Shown here: piece by piece, positions 13,095 to 24,580 of the stretch
How the letters are laid out: every line of letters begins with the position of its first letter
How positions within the stretch are numbered: the stretch's first letter is position 1
Source of the DNA: Nemertoderma westbladi
Taxonomy: Eukaryota; Animalia; Xenacoelomorpha
Direction: 5' to 3'
Length of the DNA: 64,000 bases
NCBI GenBank assembly: GCA_032718475.1
Contig: JAUCBJ010003887.1
Coordinates: 3,839-67,838, forward strand
Notes under the pieces: generated by a model
The model's database searches: none
What the model was told of the DNA's origin: nothing
Seen by the model: the letters and a program-made list of their open reading frames with translations, nothing else
Program-made: the position numbers and the translations under genes

Positions 13095-13930
13095 TACAAA
13101 CCAAACGCTGGCAGACTACCACCAAGCCTAAATAAACTACAGTATGTGTAGATTCCAAAATGGTTAGTTAGTATGCGTTCTAACACGGTAGTACGACTTA
13201 TTCTTTAAGAGGGGATTGACCTTACAGCTATGGCTGCCCCAACTTACTAACTGGCACTCTATCGGACAAACTCTACACACACAGCAATCTCTTCAGACCT
13301 AATAATAGCTAGACAACAATCCAGCCTACAAAATATCTGAGTAATAACTATTATGGTACCTGAACAGACCACACAAACAAACACAGGCCAAAACGTTGGC
13401 AGAATACTGTCAAGCCTAAATAAACTACAGTATGTGCAGATTCCAAAATGGTTAGTTAGTATGCGTTCTAACACGGTAGTACGACTTATTCTTTAAGAGG
13501 GGATTGACCTTACAGCTATGGCTGCCCCAACTTACTAACTGGCACTCTATCGGACAAACTCTACACACGCAGTAATCTCTCCAAACCCAACAACAATCCG
13601 ACAACAGTCCGGCCTACAGTTATCTGAACAATCTGAGCAGACTTACACGTCTTCAGCTCAATATTAACTTACTAGGAAATAAAACTGACAGAAATAAGCA
13701 AACTATACAAAAGAATGAGGGGTGATCAATCCCTATTCCCCTGGTAGCCTACAATATACAATAGATCACAATCGAAATAATACTAATATACTTGTACTGG
13801 AAGTACCGGTTAGGACAGTTGGGCCTACAGACCTACAGAAGTACCGGTTCTGGCAGTTGGACCTACGGACCTACAGCAGTACCGGTTCTGGCAGTTGGGC
13901 CTACTGACCTACAGAAGTACCGGTTCAGGT
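13095..13930. repeat. Tandem duplications in the leader of element C
   Basis: ~289-bp direct repeat (13.1-13.6 kb) and ~38-bp CAGTTGGGCCTAC..ACCTACAGAAGTACCGGTT units (13.8-13.93 kb). Confidence 0.8.
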
Positions 13931-13980
13931 TTACCGGTCGACCGGTACTTTCAACTTTATTGCTTACTGCAATAAAGACA

Positions 13981-13991
13981 ATAACTGTTAT
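13981..13991 (-). promoter_or_regulatory. Non-tRNA primer-binding site of C (ATAACAGTTAT)
   Basis: Immediately follows the LTR end TACA on the minus strand; exact complement at 14714-14724 (2473-2483 in the other LTR copy). Confidence 0.65.
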
Positions 13992-15205
13992 TGTACGCGC
14001 TTTTGAAGACCTTTAGCAGTTTAACCTGCCAAAATTTATATGTCTTTTGGTTTATAAATAGACTTTAGAAGATGACAAATATTTAATACCAATAAACACA
14101 ACATTAGCAGAAGCCAGCCTAGTGCGCGTCCATTCACCCGCTGGATATTCCCGGGAGACTGGATTCTGAGGGCTTAGATTATTATTGCAGTGTAAGCTTA
14201 CTGTATTATTCGATTGATCGTTAATAAATAATTTCTGACGAATATTATTCACTTTCGGGAAATATTAGCAGTTCCTTTAGGACGTGGCGCTCTATCTATT
14301 TAAACAGAGCTATGACTTATACTAATCACAACGGTAAGTCGGTAAGGCTTATGATTCACGTATGAGGCGCATTCTTTAGGAAATGCTTAGTTATCAGTCA
14401 CAATCATGCACACTACCGGTAACACACAATACTGCTCACTGATTTGCCGACCGTCAATGAATTTTATCATATATAAAGAGAACAGCAACGGATTCATGTA
14501 GTGCTTATCAAATAGCATTAAATTCACTACAAACCACAATAATATAAGTCGCAATCGCTATATATAACCCGTCTCTCTAACCTGTAGTGTATCAAGAAAA
14601 TTGGGAAATTTGGGTTCTTTATAAATGTTCTCCAAATAATATTCAACCAAACAACAGCAAACCATTAAGACGGTAGGTTAAGATATGATATGACAATGTA
14701 CTGATATGGACCGATAACAGTTATACGCTCTATAATCTTAAGCCTACTAATGTTTCTTCTAAAGTCTGAAACGAATTGACTCTAGAGCCGGTGTTCCTGG
14801 CCTAGATAGAAACAACACAACAGTATCACAAAAACAGTAAGACTGAACACTCCTAGTATGATCGACCAAATATCTACACGTCGACAGAAAAAATCGCTCT
14901 GATTGGCTCAAGCCAAACAAAGAACCATGCGTCCAATGGCTGTTTCCATGCCAGCAACCAGCTGCGAGATGTCGCAATCTGAATCATCAAGGCCAAGCCG
15001 TGTAAAGGTATTTGGTGCATTGCAGGTTTTTTGCCTTACCATGTCCGCCAAAGCACGTATATAGAAGAATGACTTTTATGTCCGTTAAAACACCTGTAAC
15101 GGTACCTTGCGGGCGAGGGGAATATATATACAGTTAGAGAACCTTTATAGAGTATTCCAGCGCCTGGGGGGAAACTGGATTGCGAAGCAAAAGGGGCCAG
15201 TTATA
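13992..15205 (-). repeat. 5' LTR of element C
   Basis: Homology with the 1751 copy starts exactly at TGTA (plus strand); flanked by C leader on one side and B gag/protease on the other. Confidence 0.7.
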
Positions 15206-15273
15206 TCCCACAGAAGCTTATACAAAATCCTCAAAGGTAGGGAAGCAGAGATCCCATAACGATAAGGAAGTGT

Positions 15274-17159
15274 ATGTACACCAGCATCCAAGACGACCAG
15301 GTTCAACCAGGTTTGTCGGACGAGGACGGTGAAGCGAGTGTGAGGGAGGTGACTTGCCAGGGATTCACCACTGATAGTTTATTGACCAGCGCGAGGACGT
15401 ATCTATCATCGGCCACGTCAGAAATATTCAGCGTGATACCGGTAAAACTTACTGGAGACAAGGGATCAAAGAGAACATATGTGATGTTGGACACTGCGTC
15501 TACATTATCATATGTAGACGAGGAAGTAGCAAGAGCCGTTTCCAGCTTCCGGGATGCCGAGGAAATCAAAATAGAGTTAAAATCTATGCATGGGGTAGGA
15601 GACGTTAAGGGACATAAAATTTATGTAGAACTACATCCTGAGAGAAGAGCACACTCGCCAAGAGCAGAGAACGTTGCCATTGGATGGATTTAAGTGTCTA
15701 GCTATGAAGGGGTTAGGCAGGCAGTTAGGTAAGGTGCCACTGATGAGTCCCATAGCACAGGAGTATTTTGACAAGCTCAGAATACTGAGACAGCAGGTAG
15801 GTTATAGGAATGTGTCTATGTTAATTGGAGCAGAACAGCTGATCACGCACCAAATATGGGAAACGAGACCAGCTGAGCCATATGTAAATAGGCCACACAC
15901 CCATAGGACTATATTAGGTTGGTATACACGAGTACCCATGTCCTATGAGTTTTCAGGTGGCGACAAGCCAAAGGATGGACACGACGAATTACAACCTATA
16001 ACACAACAACTGTTAGTAGAACCACCAGACGTAGACGAGTTTAGGAGAACCTGTATTGACCACTATAGCGACTTTAGCAAGTCGGACAAGGATTTGATTC
16101 CCAACAATGTTACGTTGTCGGAACCACTCTATAATGACCGGACAGATAGTGAGCCCGAGGACTACTGTTATCTGACCCATGGGTCTGGTTTAGTGGCCCA
16201 CGCCACTTATTATAGTAACGTTTTGACTTATACCAATATAGTGGAGGGTCAGGTGGCAAAGTATCGAGACCTCGACACTTTCCAATTCAGTGAAGAGGAG
16301 TTACAAAAGGAATTGATACGCCAGGAACTCGAGACAGGAGCTAGAACCATCAAATGGCTGGATAGGGACGCGATGGAACCCAGTGGATACAATCTAACCA
16401 TGTCCACCGACGAGAAGCGATCGCTAGAAATGATGGAAGAAACCATACATCTGTTACCAACAGGACACTTTGAAGTTGGAATGTTGTGGCATCAACAACC
16501 TCCTAAGTTTGCGTTTACTTGCGACATCGAGGCAATGTTTCACCAGGTAAAAGCCTGTAAGGCAGACCAGGATAGTCTCCGATTTCTCTGGTACGAGAAT
16601 GAAGAACTATCCAGCCCAGTGGTTACATACCAGATGTATGTCAGGATATTCGGCGCCCGCAACAGTCCCAACGGCATGCTGTTTGTCTTAAAGAAAATAG
16701 TGACAGCCCAGATTGGTAAGTATCCAGTAGATGTAATCGAGTCCATCCTAAGGAACTTCTACATGGATGACGGATTGGTGTCCAAGGACACAGTGGAACA
16801 AGCCATAGAAGTGGCTCACGGTCTACAGGAGTGCTTGGCTATGGGAGGTTTCCCACTGACCAAGTTCACCACTAATTCAGAGGCCTTATTAGAGTCGTTC
16901 CCAGTAAAGGATCGTGGGAGCAGAGACATTGAGTTGAGTGTAGAACCCATCCCCATGGCGCAAGTACTGGTTGGTTGGAATCCAAATACGGATAAATTCC
17001 AGGTGAGAGTTAGGTTTGAACCCAGTAGCCCAGACAAGACTTTGACCAAGAGAATCTGCTTATCGACCATGAGTAGACTATTTGACCAGATGAACTTTAT
17101 CAGTCCGGTAATATTACAGGCTCGCATATGTATGAGGAAAAGGAAAATCTGGCTGTCTG
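15274..17159 (+). pseudogene. Protease-RT fragment of element B (copy 2)
   Basis: As 3033-4918; continues at 36486 after element A. Confidence 0.9.
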
Positions 17160-19466
17160 TGTAAGGTCCAGTAGTATACCGCTTACCAAATCCTAGTAAC
17201 GATTGTATCTTACCGTAAGATCTAGTAATGTATACGGGCTCGTACAGTATCTGACAACAAATCCCAGTCCAGGATATCTAAACAAACAGATACAATACAC
17301 AAACGACTACTGGCGAGGAACAGAGCCTAGTGTATATTCTATGTACGTGAGCGGGTCTAATGCCTACGAACTAGACGAAAGGATACCTGTCCTCTAACTG
17401 GTGAGGCAGATGTACAGTTACAGTAACAGACCAAACTCACGGGAAAACAATCCCCGCGCAGCGAATCCTAACTATCGCTGACAGTCCTAAATACCGTAAC
17501 TTGCCGCGGTTTTGTTTATATGGTTTATATACGAGCTAGTGGGTTAACAGACCTAGCGTAACAACGCTGATTCATGTCCTAAATCAGTCGAAAAGGGGTC
17601 GTGCCTAATGTAACAATAACTGATCCCCCTGTACGAAATCAGTCTAAAAGGTCAGGCCTAAATGTAACAATACTTCTGAACAGGAAGCAACAGTTTAATA
17701 ACGAAATGAAATACTCTCTCTTGGCGTAACTAAATATCAGATCCTAATTTACAAATGCAGATAATTTCTACCTAAAATAATGTATACAGTAGTGCGCTAT
17801 AGCTAGTAGAACTCTAAGGGCGAATATGTTTTAGGGCGTGTGTGTGTGGGTGTGTTACAAATAAAACAATTTTATGTATCTCTTTTACTAGGTTTTAGTG
17901 ATTTTCTGACCGAAATGATACCGTGCGCTAGCTACTAAAATAAACTAGTCGCGTTTTGTAGAACTTTATACTCACAAATGACGTCAAAGCTCTCTCCTTC
18001 CTATCCACAACTCAATGGGCAACCACGGTGTTAGTAACTACACCCGTGATCGGCACTAATACCAGATTCTGTTTGTAAGATAAGAAATAGTGGTTAATCG
18101 CTACCGTATGTTAGCTGATCTGGTATACTAATTTAATTCTAGAACTTTGTTGCCGCGGTAGTTAGCAGCAATACCTATCAGTGCGTGGCAAGGCGCGGTG
18201 GGATATTAATAAAACCTCCCTAGGCCAAGCAGTGTGCCGGTAGCAGAAATGCTCCTTGCCTGATCAAATAGCTAACTCCAGACAGGGGGGGGGGGGGGTA
18301 CTAATGTACGTTCTACAAAGCGAACCGGTACCAAACAGTCCGTACTACGAATCACTAAATTATGGAACATATGCTGTCCGTACCTATGTACTCGCGTACT
18401 GACGAATGGCAATAGTTCGCACCTGTAGGAAGTACAGGTTAACCCAGGGGTTCGCAGGACATAACAAAGGGGGGGGGGGGGTTCCTGTCTAAATGTAATT
18501 ATTTGTTCCTAAATTTGCGGCGTCCAGGACGGCGTCACGCTTACCCTGATCTATAGGTCTTAGGGCGGGCAAGGGCGTCGAACAAAGTCTTACCTTTCTC
18601 ACAAAGCGGGCGCTGCATGGCAAGTGGAGTATTTCGAAAGGCAAAGGGGGTGCGCGGTCAAATCCAATGTGGGCGCTAGCGTGTTGTGGACATCTTTCCC
18701 CTGCGTTGCTGACGGCCTAACGGTCTAGGCTGCCATCTTCCCGATGTTTGGCTGTCCCAAAGTTTGACCAAAAGAAAACATGTTCAGGAATTTGCAGTAT
18801 ATTTACAGTTTTAGCAAAGGATTTATCAAACAGATTTAACAAAGTTTCAACAAGAAACCAAATAAACTAATAACAATTTACTAAAGATACTAGCGAAGTA
18901 TAAGGTATTAGGTATTAGTGAGGGGTGTTAAGAAGGTGATAACCGAAGGCAAACCGGCCTTTTATACTAAATATCGCACATGGAAACCAAACAGAATTTT
19001 CCACAGCTTCACATTTGAGCAATAAAGTGCTTTATGCCCTATGATTGGCCCAGCTCATCGTTCAACGCAATCCGGCCCTTACACTAATCTGGGACATGGA
19101 ATCCTAACAGAATTTTCCATAGCCTCACATTTGAGCAATAAGATATTTTATGCCCCATGATTGGCCTGGCTCATCGTTCGCTACGTTGTACGCTTCTCAT
19201 TGGTCCACCAATTTGCACCAAATGAAAATAAATGGCCCCAAAATACAAATTTCCCGACCGGGATTCGAACTCGTAACCTATCTGTAATGTAACCAACGCC
19301 TTAACCATCTGACCACTACGCCACGAGAGTACCTAGGGGATTTATGTGTACAAATATGAATAGGCATATTACATTACTGTAACTTAATCAAAATGCGTCG
19401 GATTTTCGAAAGTTTTTACGTTAAAGTTAAACTACAAATGCTATCTTATAGTGAAATAATTCATCA
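17160..19466 (-). repeat. 3' LTR of element A
   Basis: Direct repeat of 34177-36485 with scattered differences. Confidence 0.96.
19251..19322 (-). ncRNA. tRNA-derived Pol III-like unit inside the LTR (second, damaged copy ~36259-36341)
   Basis: Minus strand GTGGTCAGATGGTTAAGGCG (A box-like)...GAGTTCGAATCCC (B box), followed by a TTTT run. No proper acceptor stem, so not a functional tRNA. Confidence 0.5.
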
Positions 19467-20103
19467 CCGCTCCATGAAAACAGTAAGTAAGACTGTTTTC
19501 ACCAATCGAAATATAAAATGTTTACAAACTACTTCTAAATCTACTGGTAGGGCCTAAAATATAAAATATAATCACTATCTAATTATTGCATACTTAATAT
19601 TGCAGATACGGCGTAAATACAATCGATCGTACATACAAATACAAATTTACTAATTAACTTTAGTGCCTAAAATACAAAAAAAGGCTTTCGGTTATCAAGG
19701 TAAGCAAATTAACAAATTAGATCAAGACAAATTAAAATAAATCAAACAAATAATTTCAAATCTCTTTCGATAAATCTTTACATATTGTAAATATACATAA
19801 TAAACTTCCACCAAATTAAATCAGTCTAAATATAATATAAACACAATGCGCTAATAACTTTTAAATGAGTCTTAAAGGGTCCTCTTGACGATCTTAAAAG
19901 TTCATCCTGCTGGTCTGGATATCTTCTCCTGAGCACTAATTGCTAACGGTAGGCTCGCAAGCCTTCCTTTCCATATCTCGCTCCTCCAAACCCAACATTC
20001 AAACATAATGTCCAATATAAGTATCCAAATATAATATCCAAATATAATATCCAAATATAATATCCAAATCGGTAGGCTCGCAAGCCTTCCTTCTTCTCGC
20101 TTC

Positions 20104-23100
20104 CTATTCCTTCGCTGAGCGGGCTCGTCCACGTCCTCTAGTGCGATTGGGGGGTGGTCGAGGTCGAACTGGGCTCGGACTTCGGCGTCGAGTCGTCGGT
20201 GGTTCCAAAACGCTAGGAAAGGGGATGACGGGAGTTTCGCACATCCGTCGTGCGCTCAATCCTCTAAATCCTCGTCCGATTCCAACTGTCGGCTTAACAT
20301 CGGATCGAGTCTCCACAACGCTATGAGGAAGTCGAAAGGGTGGGACTGTTCCGTCCGCTGACACCTCGCTCTCTGACGTCGTTTGAATCCTAATGGGTTC
20401 AGGCAAAGCGTATCCTGTCCCTCCGCGTGGTTCTCTAGCAAGGGAAACCGTGCCCCGAGTCATCCGGATTTGCGACTTCGATGTCGTCCTCTCGGCGACG
20501 TTTACTATCTTCTTTATCTCTTGTCGGCCTTCTGGGCTTTGAGTATACGAAATTGCTGATCATCCTGTGGATGACGCGTCTTCTCTGCTAACGGCGTGGC
20601 CTTGAAGCCAGTCTCACGCAAAACGTCGGTCTCGTCTAGAATACACGAGGTTACGCGTTTGTGATAAAATGCGCTCCGGTATGCCCAAGCTATCGAATGC
20701 CATGCTCCTCGATTCCGCTGTTCAACTCGCAGTTTATCGAATTCTCCGGCGGTAATCTTGTTCACCACAGTTTGAAAGTTCCAAGTATTCTTGTTGTCGG
20801 GGTGCACTTGTAAGAAATAGTCCCGCACAACCTTGAATCCGCTGTCCAATGGCAATATATCCAACACCTCCAACAATTCATCATACTGAGGCATAGCCGA
20901 TACATATCCTTCCTTTGACATTATGAGAGGGTTTACGGCCCAAAATCCCAAATGTGCTCTCATAGGGAAGTGGCGTCGCTGAGTCGCTACATGCTCGTCT
21001 GCTAGATCCTCCCAATGGTCGAATAATTGTCGAACGATTTTAACTGACATGTGCTCATAGGGGACGTCTCTAAGTTGACATTCGGATGCCCTATGGCCCT
21101 TAATATTACAATAAGTACACTGCGCCACGAAACGCCAGCAAGTGTAGAAAGTGTGTGAACGTTGATCTCCGCACCAGTTGCATACTAAATCCGGTAGAGA
21201 TATGTGCTTCGCTCCGCATTTCTTTGCGTGATGGCCAGTTGCTCCGCATCTGCCACAAATAGTGTTGGCAGGGTACCAAACTCGCTCATAGATGAGATCT
21301 CCGATGGGGCGAGCGCTACCGTCCACGTGATAATTCTCATCATCCGGGTCAGTCGGTATGTTCGTCTCCGTAGGTTGTACACAAACCATGGCATCGCTTT
21401 TCTCCAACTCGCGTATCTCAGTTCGCGTCTTCCTCGGAAGGTTCTCCTCTATCTCTATGAGTTGCCGTAGCGGTTCGTCTATTAGCGCCAACTCGGTCGG
21501 ATCCACATCGTCGTGATGGGCGGTAGGCTCGTGAGCCTTCCAGGATCCTTCCGGGCGTTCGAATTCCGCGTGGCTTTCGTAGGGTACTAACGTTAACATC
21601 GACGGTCTGTCGACTAGACTTCCCGCGTGAGTGAGATAGACGTCCCTGAAAACGCTAAGTCCCGCTCGCGTGAAAACTTCGCAGTGCGCATCGGTGTTAT
21701 AAAAGGGTTGGAGAAATCGTCGGAATACATCAGTATGCGTCCTTCCTCCATCGTAAAAGGTATGTCCTTCGCCAAGACATAACAGGTGTCGCTTTAGGGT
21801 TCTGGATACTACATCCGCGATGAAACAAACGTTAACCGAAGATTCTATCACTAAATAGTATTGCAAGATTATCCGCGGAGGTGAACTAATCGCCCAATAC
21901 ACGCAACCTCACCACTTCAACTGTGACTCGAACTCGTTTACGCCGGGGGTATCTCCCTCTCCGTACACGTCCGTGTATTTGCTCCTCTTACTCTCCTTGT
22001 AATCCCAACTGAACATTAGATATGAGATATAACCCGTCCCAGTTTTTAGCGTGTTATACTCCCTAAAATATCCTTGCTCAATAGCCCAAAGCAACAATGG
22101 TCTAGTATCCACGTATGGCGTAGGCAATCGGTGCTCTTCCGTGGGCATCCCTGCAAAGTCGCTAATGAGGTCATCCCGTACACCGGATCCGATCTTGACG
22201 ATGCTCTTATCCAACACAACGTCTCGCACGGCCTTTGGCAACATCCTAGCTTCTATGCTACAAGCCAGGTCCATCGATTTAACTATCCGTTTTATCATCG
22301 CGTGTCTTTGCGTCGTTCCTTCCGGCATAGGCATCTTCCTATCACTCCTCTGTCGGCTGAAGACATGTAACACGCCATCTGGTGCTCTAATCTGTATAGT
22401 CTTTGAAGTGAGGCTTTGCTGATGGCTTCCTCCTTCATTATCGTAAAACATATAACCATTATCTTTCAGAGATCGGCTAGTCACGTCCCAATCGTCGAGT
22501 AAATCGTTGGTAGGGTTCCAAATTCTCCCAATCGACTTTTCATCATCGAAACTAATAGGTTTACCGGTCCAATTGGTCGCGATATCGGTGTCGGTCTCAA
22601 ACGTTCCAACTCCGATCCATAATCGAATCGTCTTCGTCAGATATCCTCGCAAGATACAAGGTGCGATATCCGTCCCCGCGCGATCCACTTCCTTAAAGTC
22701 CGTAATATGTGGAGGCACGTTGCGTACAATTTTTTGAACTATTACTTTACGCAACTCGGCTGACTCTAACACATCACCGAAGGTAACCGATGGGAGGAAA
22801 TCCAGGTTCGAGATGATCTCCGGGTGTTCAACTATAGGGATCTCGTAAGTTGTCTCCTTCCGGGTCGGTATACTAATAGGAAAACTAGTTGGTCTCGCAA
22901 CCGGTACTATCGCTCCAGTAGAATGGGGCTGAGGTTCTCGCGTCATCTCGACATGAGGTATCTGTAGTCTCTGCGACAAACGCTGAGCAAAGGTGATACT
23001 ATCGAAGAGCTCGGGTGTCATCTCCTTGGGTTCGGTTTGATCGTGGGATATCCAATAGAATGGTAGGCTCGCGAGCCTTCCGCCGAACTCCTCGATCTCG

Positions 23101-23830
23101 CCTTTCTCGTACGCCTTGTACGCCCTGTAGAGGCTCAAAGCTTCCCGTTTCTCTTGTGTCGACTTATTAGACTCGTCCACTACCATGCTGTAGACGTCTG
23201 GTTCGACTAATTTGGGTTCGTAAATAACGATCTCGGTCCACTCATTTTAAACGAATGATACGGATTTGTCAAAGGGTATCCGCCTTCTTGGTAACGTAGA
23301 CTTTGGTGGTGTGAACATCGCGCTAATATCTGCTCGGGGTTCTCCGAGTTCAACCGCATAGGAATCGCGTTGTCTTGCTCGCGCATACACGCTCCACATT
23401 TATAAAACAGTTTGTATATGGAGAACGCGTCCTTGGTCTCTGGATCCGCTCCTCGAGCGCGTCTATAAAGATGCATTCCTTCAAATTCGTCTCTAGCTGC
23501 AGGTAAGGGTTCGTTTACCGTCAAATATTGCAGCGTATGATACAATCGGCGTATTTCGGTGTCTGGATCCTCGCAAATGTCGCTAGCATCGCATAACGCA
23601 TCGTAGGGATATAACGCATTGAACTCCGCGCATAATTCCTCCGTTCTTTTGTTGTATGCGTCCAACCGCTGTCGCGTAACATTCGGGTCCGCCTTGGATT
23701 TAGCGAGCTTGGCCGTACTCCTAGCCATACTCTCCACTCCAAACACACTAAAGTTTTTAGCTCCATAACGATTGAATGGCGCCTGGTGCTCTTGTTCTTG
23801 CGTAAACCCTTGACGTAACTCTTTATACAT
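20104..23830 (-). pseudogene. Accessory gene of A: unknown N-domain + DEDDy 3'-5' exonuclease + 3 CCHC knuckles + R/S/G-rich tail
   Basis: ORFs 23207-23830, 21909-23186, 20514-21902 and 20104-20463 are joined by one in-frame TGA and two frameshifts. Motifs FYDNEG, LPKAVRDVVLDKSIVKIGSGVRDDL, YVDTRPL, YYLVIE; knuckles CGRCGATGHHAKKC, CNWCGDQRSHTFYTC, CTYCNIKGHRASEC. Confidence 0.8.
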
Positions 23831-24580
23831 CTTCTCCGCTATCGTATACGAATATATATGTGGTTACATATCGTTACGTTTCTACTAGATGAAGCACAAA
23901 ATAGAGGTTAGATGTGAGGTGACTTAGAGTTTGTCGGCTTTTGGCTCAACTCTGCTCTAAACCCCAACCCATTTGCCTAATGATTTCGGGTTCGCGTGAT
24001 TTCGCACTGGCTCCTAATCCAAAAAATGTGCTGATAAAAAACGAATTCCGGGTAAACTAGCCGCGAGTCTAAAATACTCACCTTTTAATTTCCCATGCTA
24101 CATTCCCCAAGAAAAATAGTACAGTCGAGAATTAATTGGTCCAAATAATAGTAGACACGACTACGTAGAACAAGGCCGGTTTTCTTTTTCCAAAAAAAAA
24201 TTTATCGGTAGGCTCGCAAGCCTTCCATCCGCTCTTGTCCTCCCCAATTTTAATTTTTATCTAGCTGTATTCTAGAATTTGCTTTCACTGGAGAATCGTT
24301 TTTCTTAAATTTAAATCCATATAAATGGATTTGTCTAATAATATTTGAAAAATTGTCTCACTTGTGGGTTCCAAGTGGAATTCCATTCCTACTGTACACA
24401 CAATCCCGCTCCTATGTGATACATAAGGGTACTACCCTCCATGTTCACGTATAAAGACAATGGAATTCCACCGCTGTCTCTATCTACAGTGAAGAGGATT
24501 ACAAATGCACGTACAGTAATACAAATACAAAATAACTAAAATACAGTAAGTCTATGTGGCGGCCAACAAAGGTCCCACAT

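Larger units (their letters stand above)
5328..15205 (-). mobile_element. BEL/Pao element 'C', non-autonomous (RT, RNase H and IN cores deleted)
   Basis: 5' LTR 13992-15205, long leader, gag, protease, then direct joins to the RNase H tail and integrase tail, 3' UTR and accessory ORF. Confidence 0.8.

Noticed and set aside
19251-19322. Functional tRNA gene or self-encoded tRNA primer
   Set aside because: No acceptor stem, and its 3' end is not complementary to the PBS.
23187-23255. Programmed -1 frameshift between accessory ORFs
   Set aside because: No in-phase X XXY YYZ heptamer, and the B homolog is continuous in one frame, so a small deletion is more likely.
20104-23830. Accessory ORF as an env gene
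   Set aside because: No signal peptide, transmembrane helix or fusion-protein pattern; nuclease and knuckle motifs instead.
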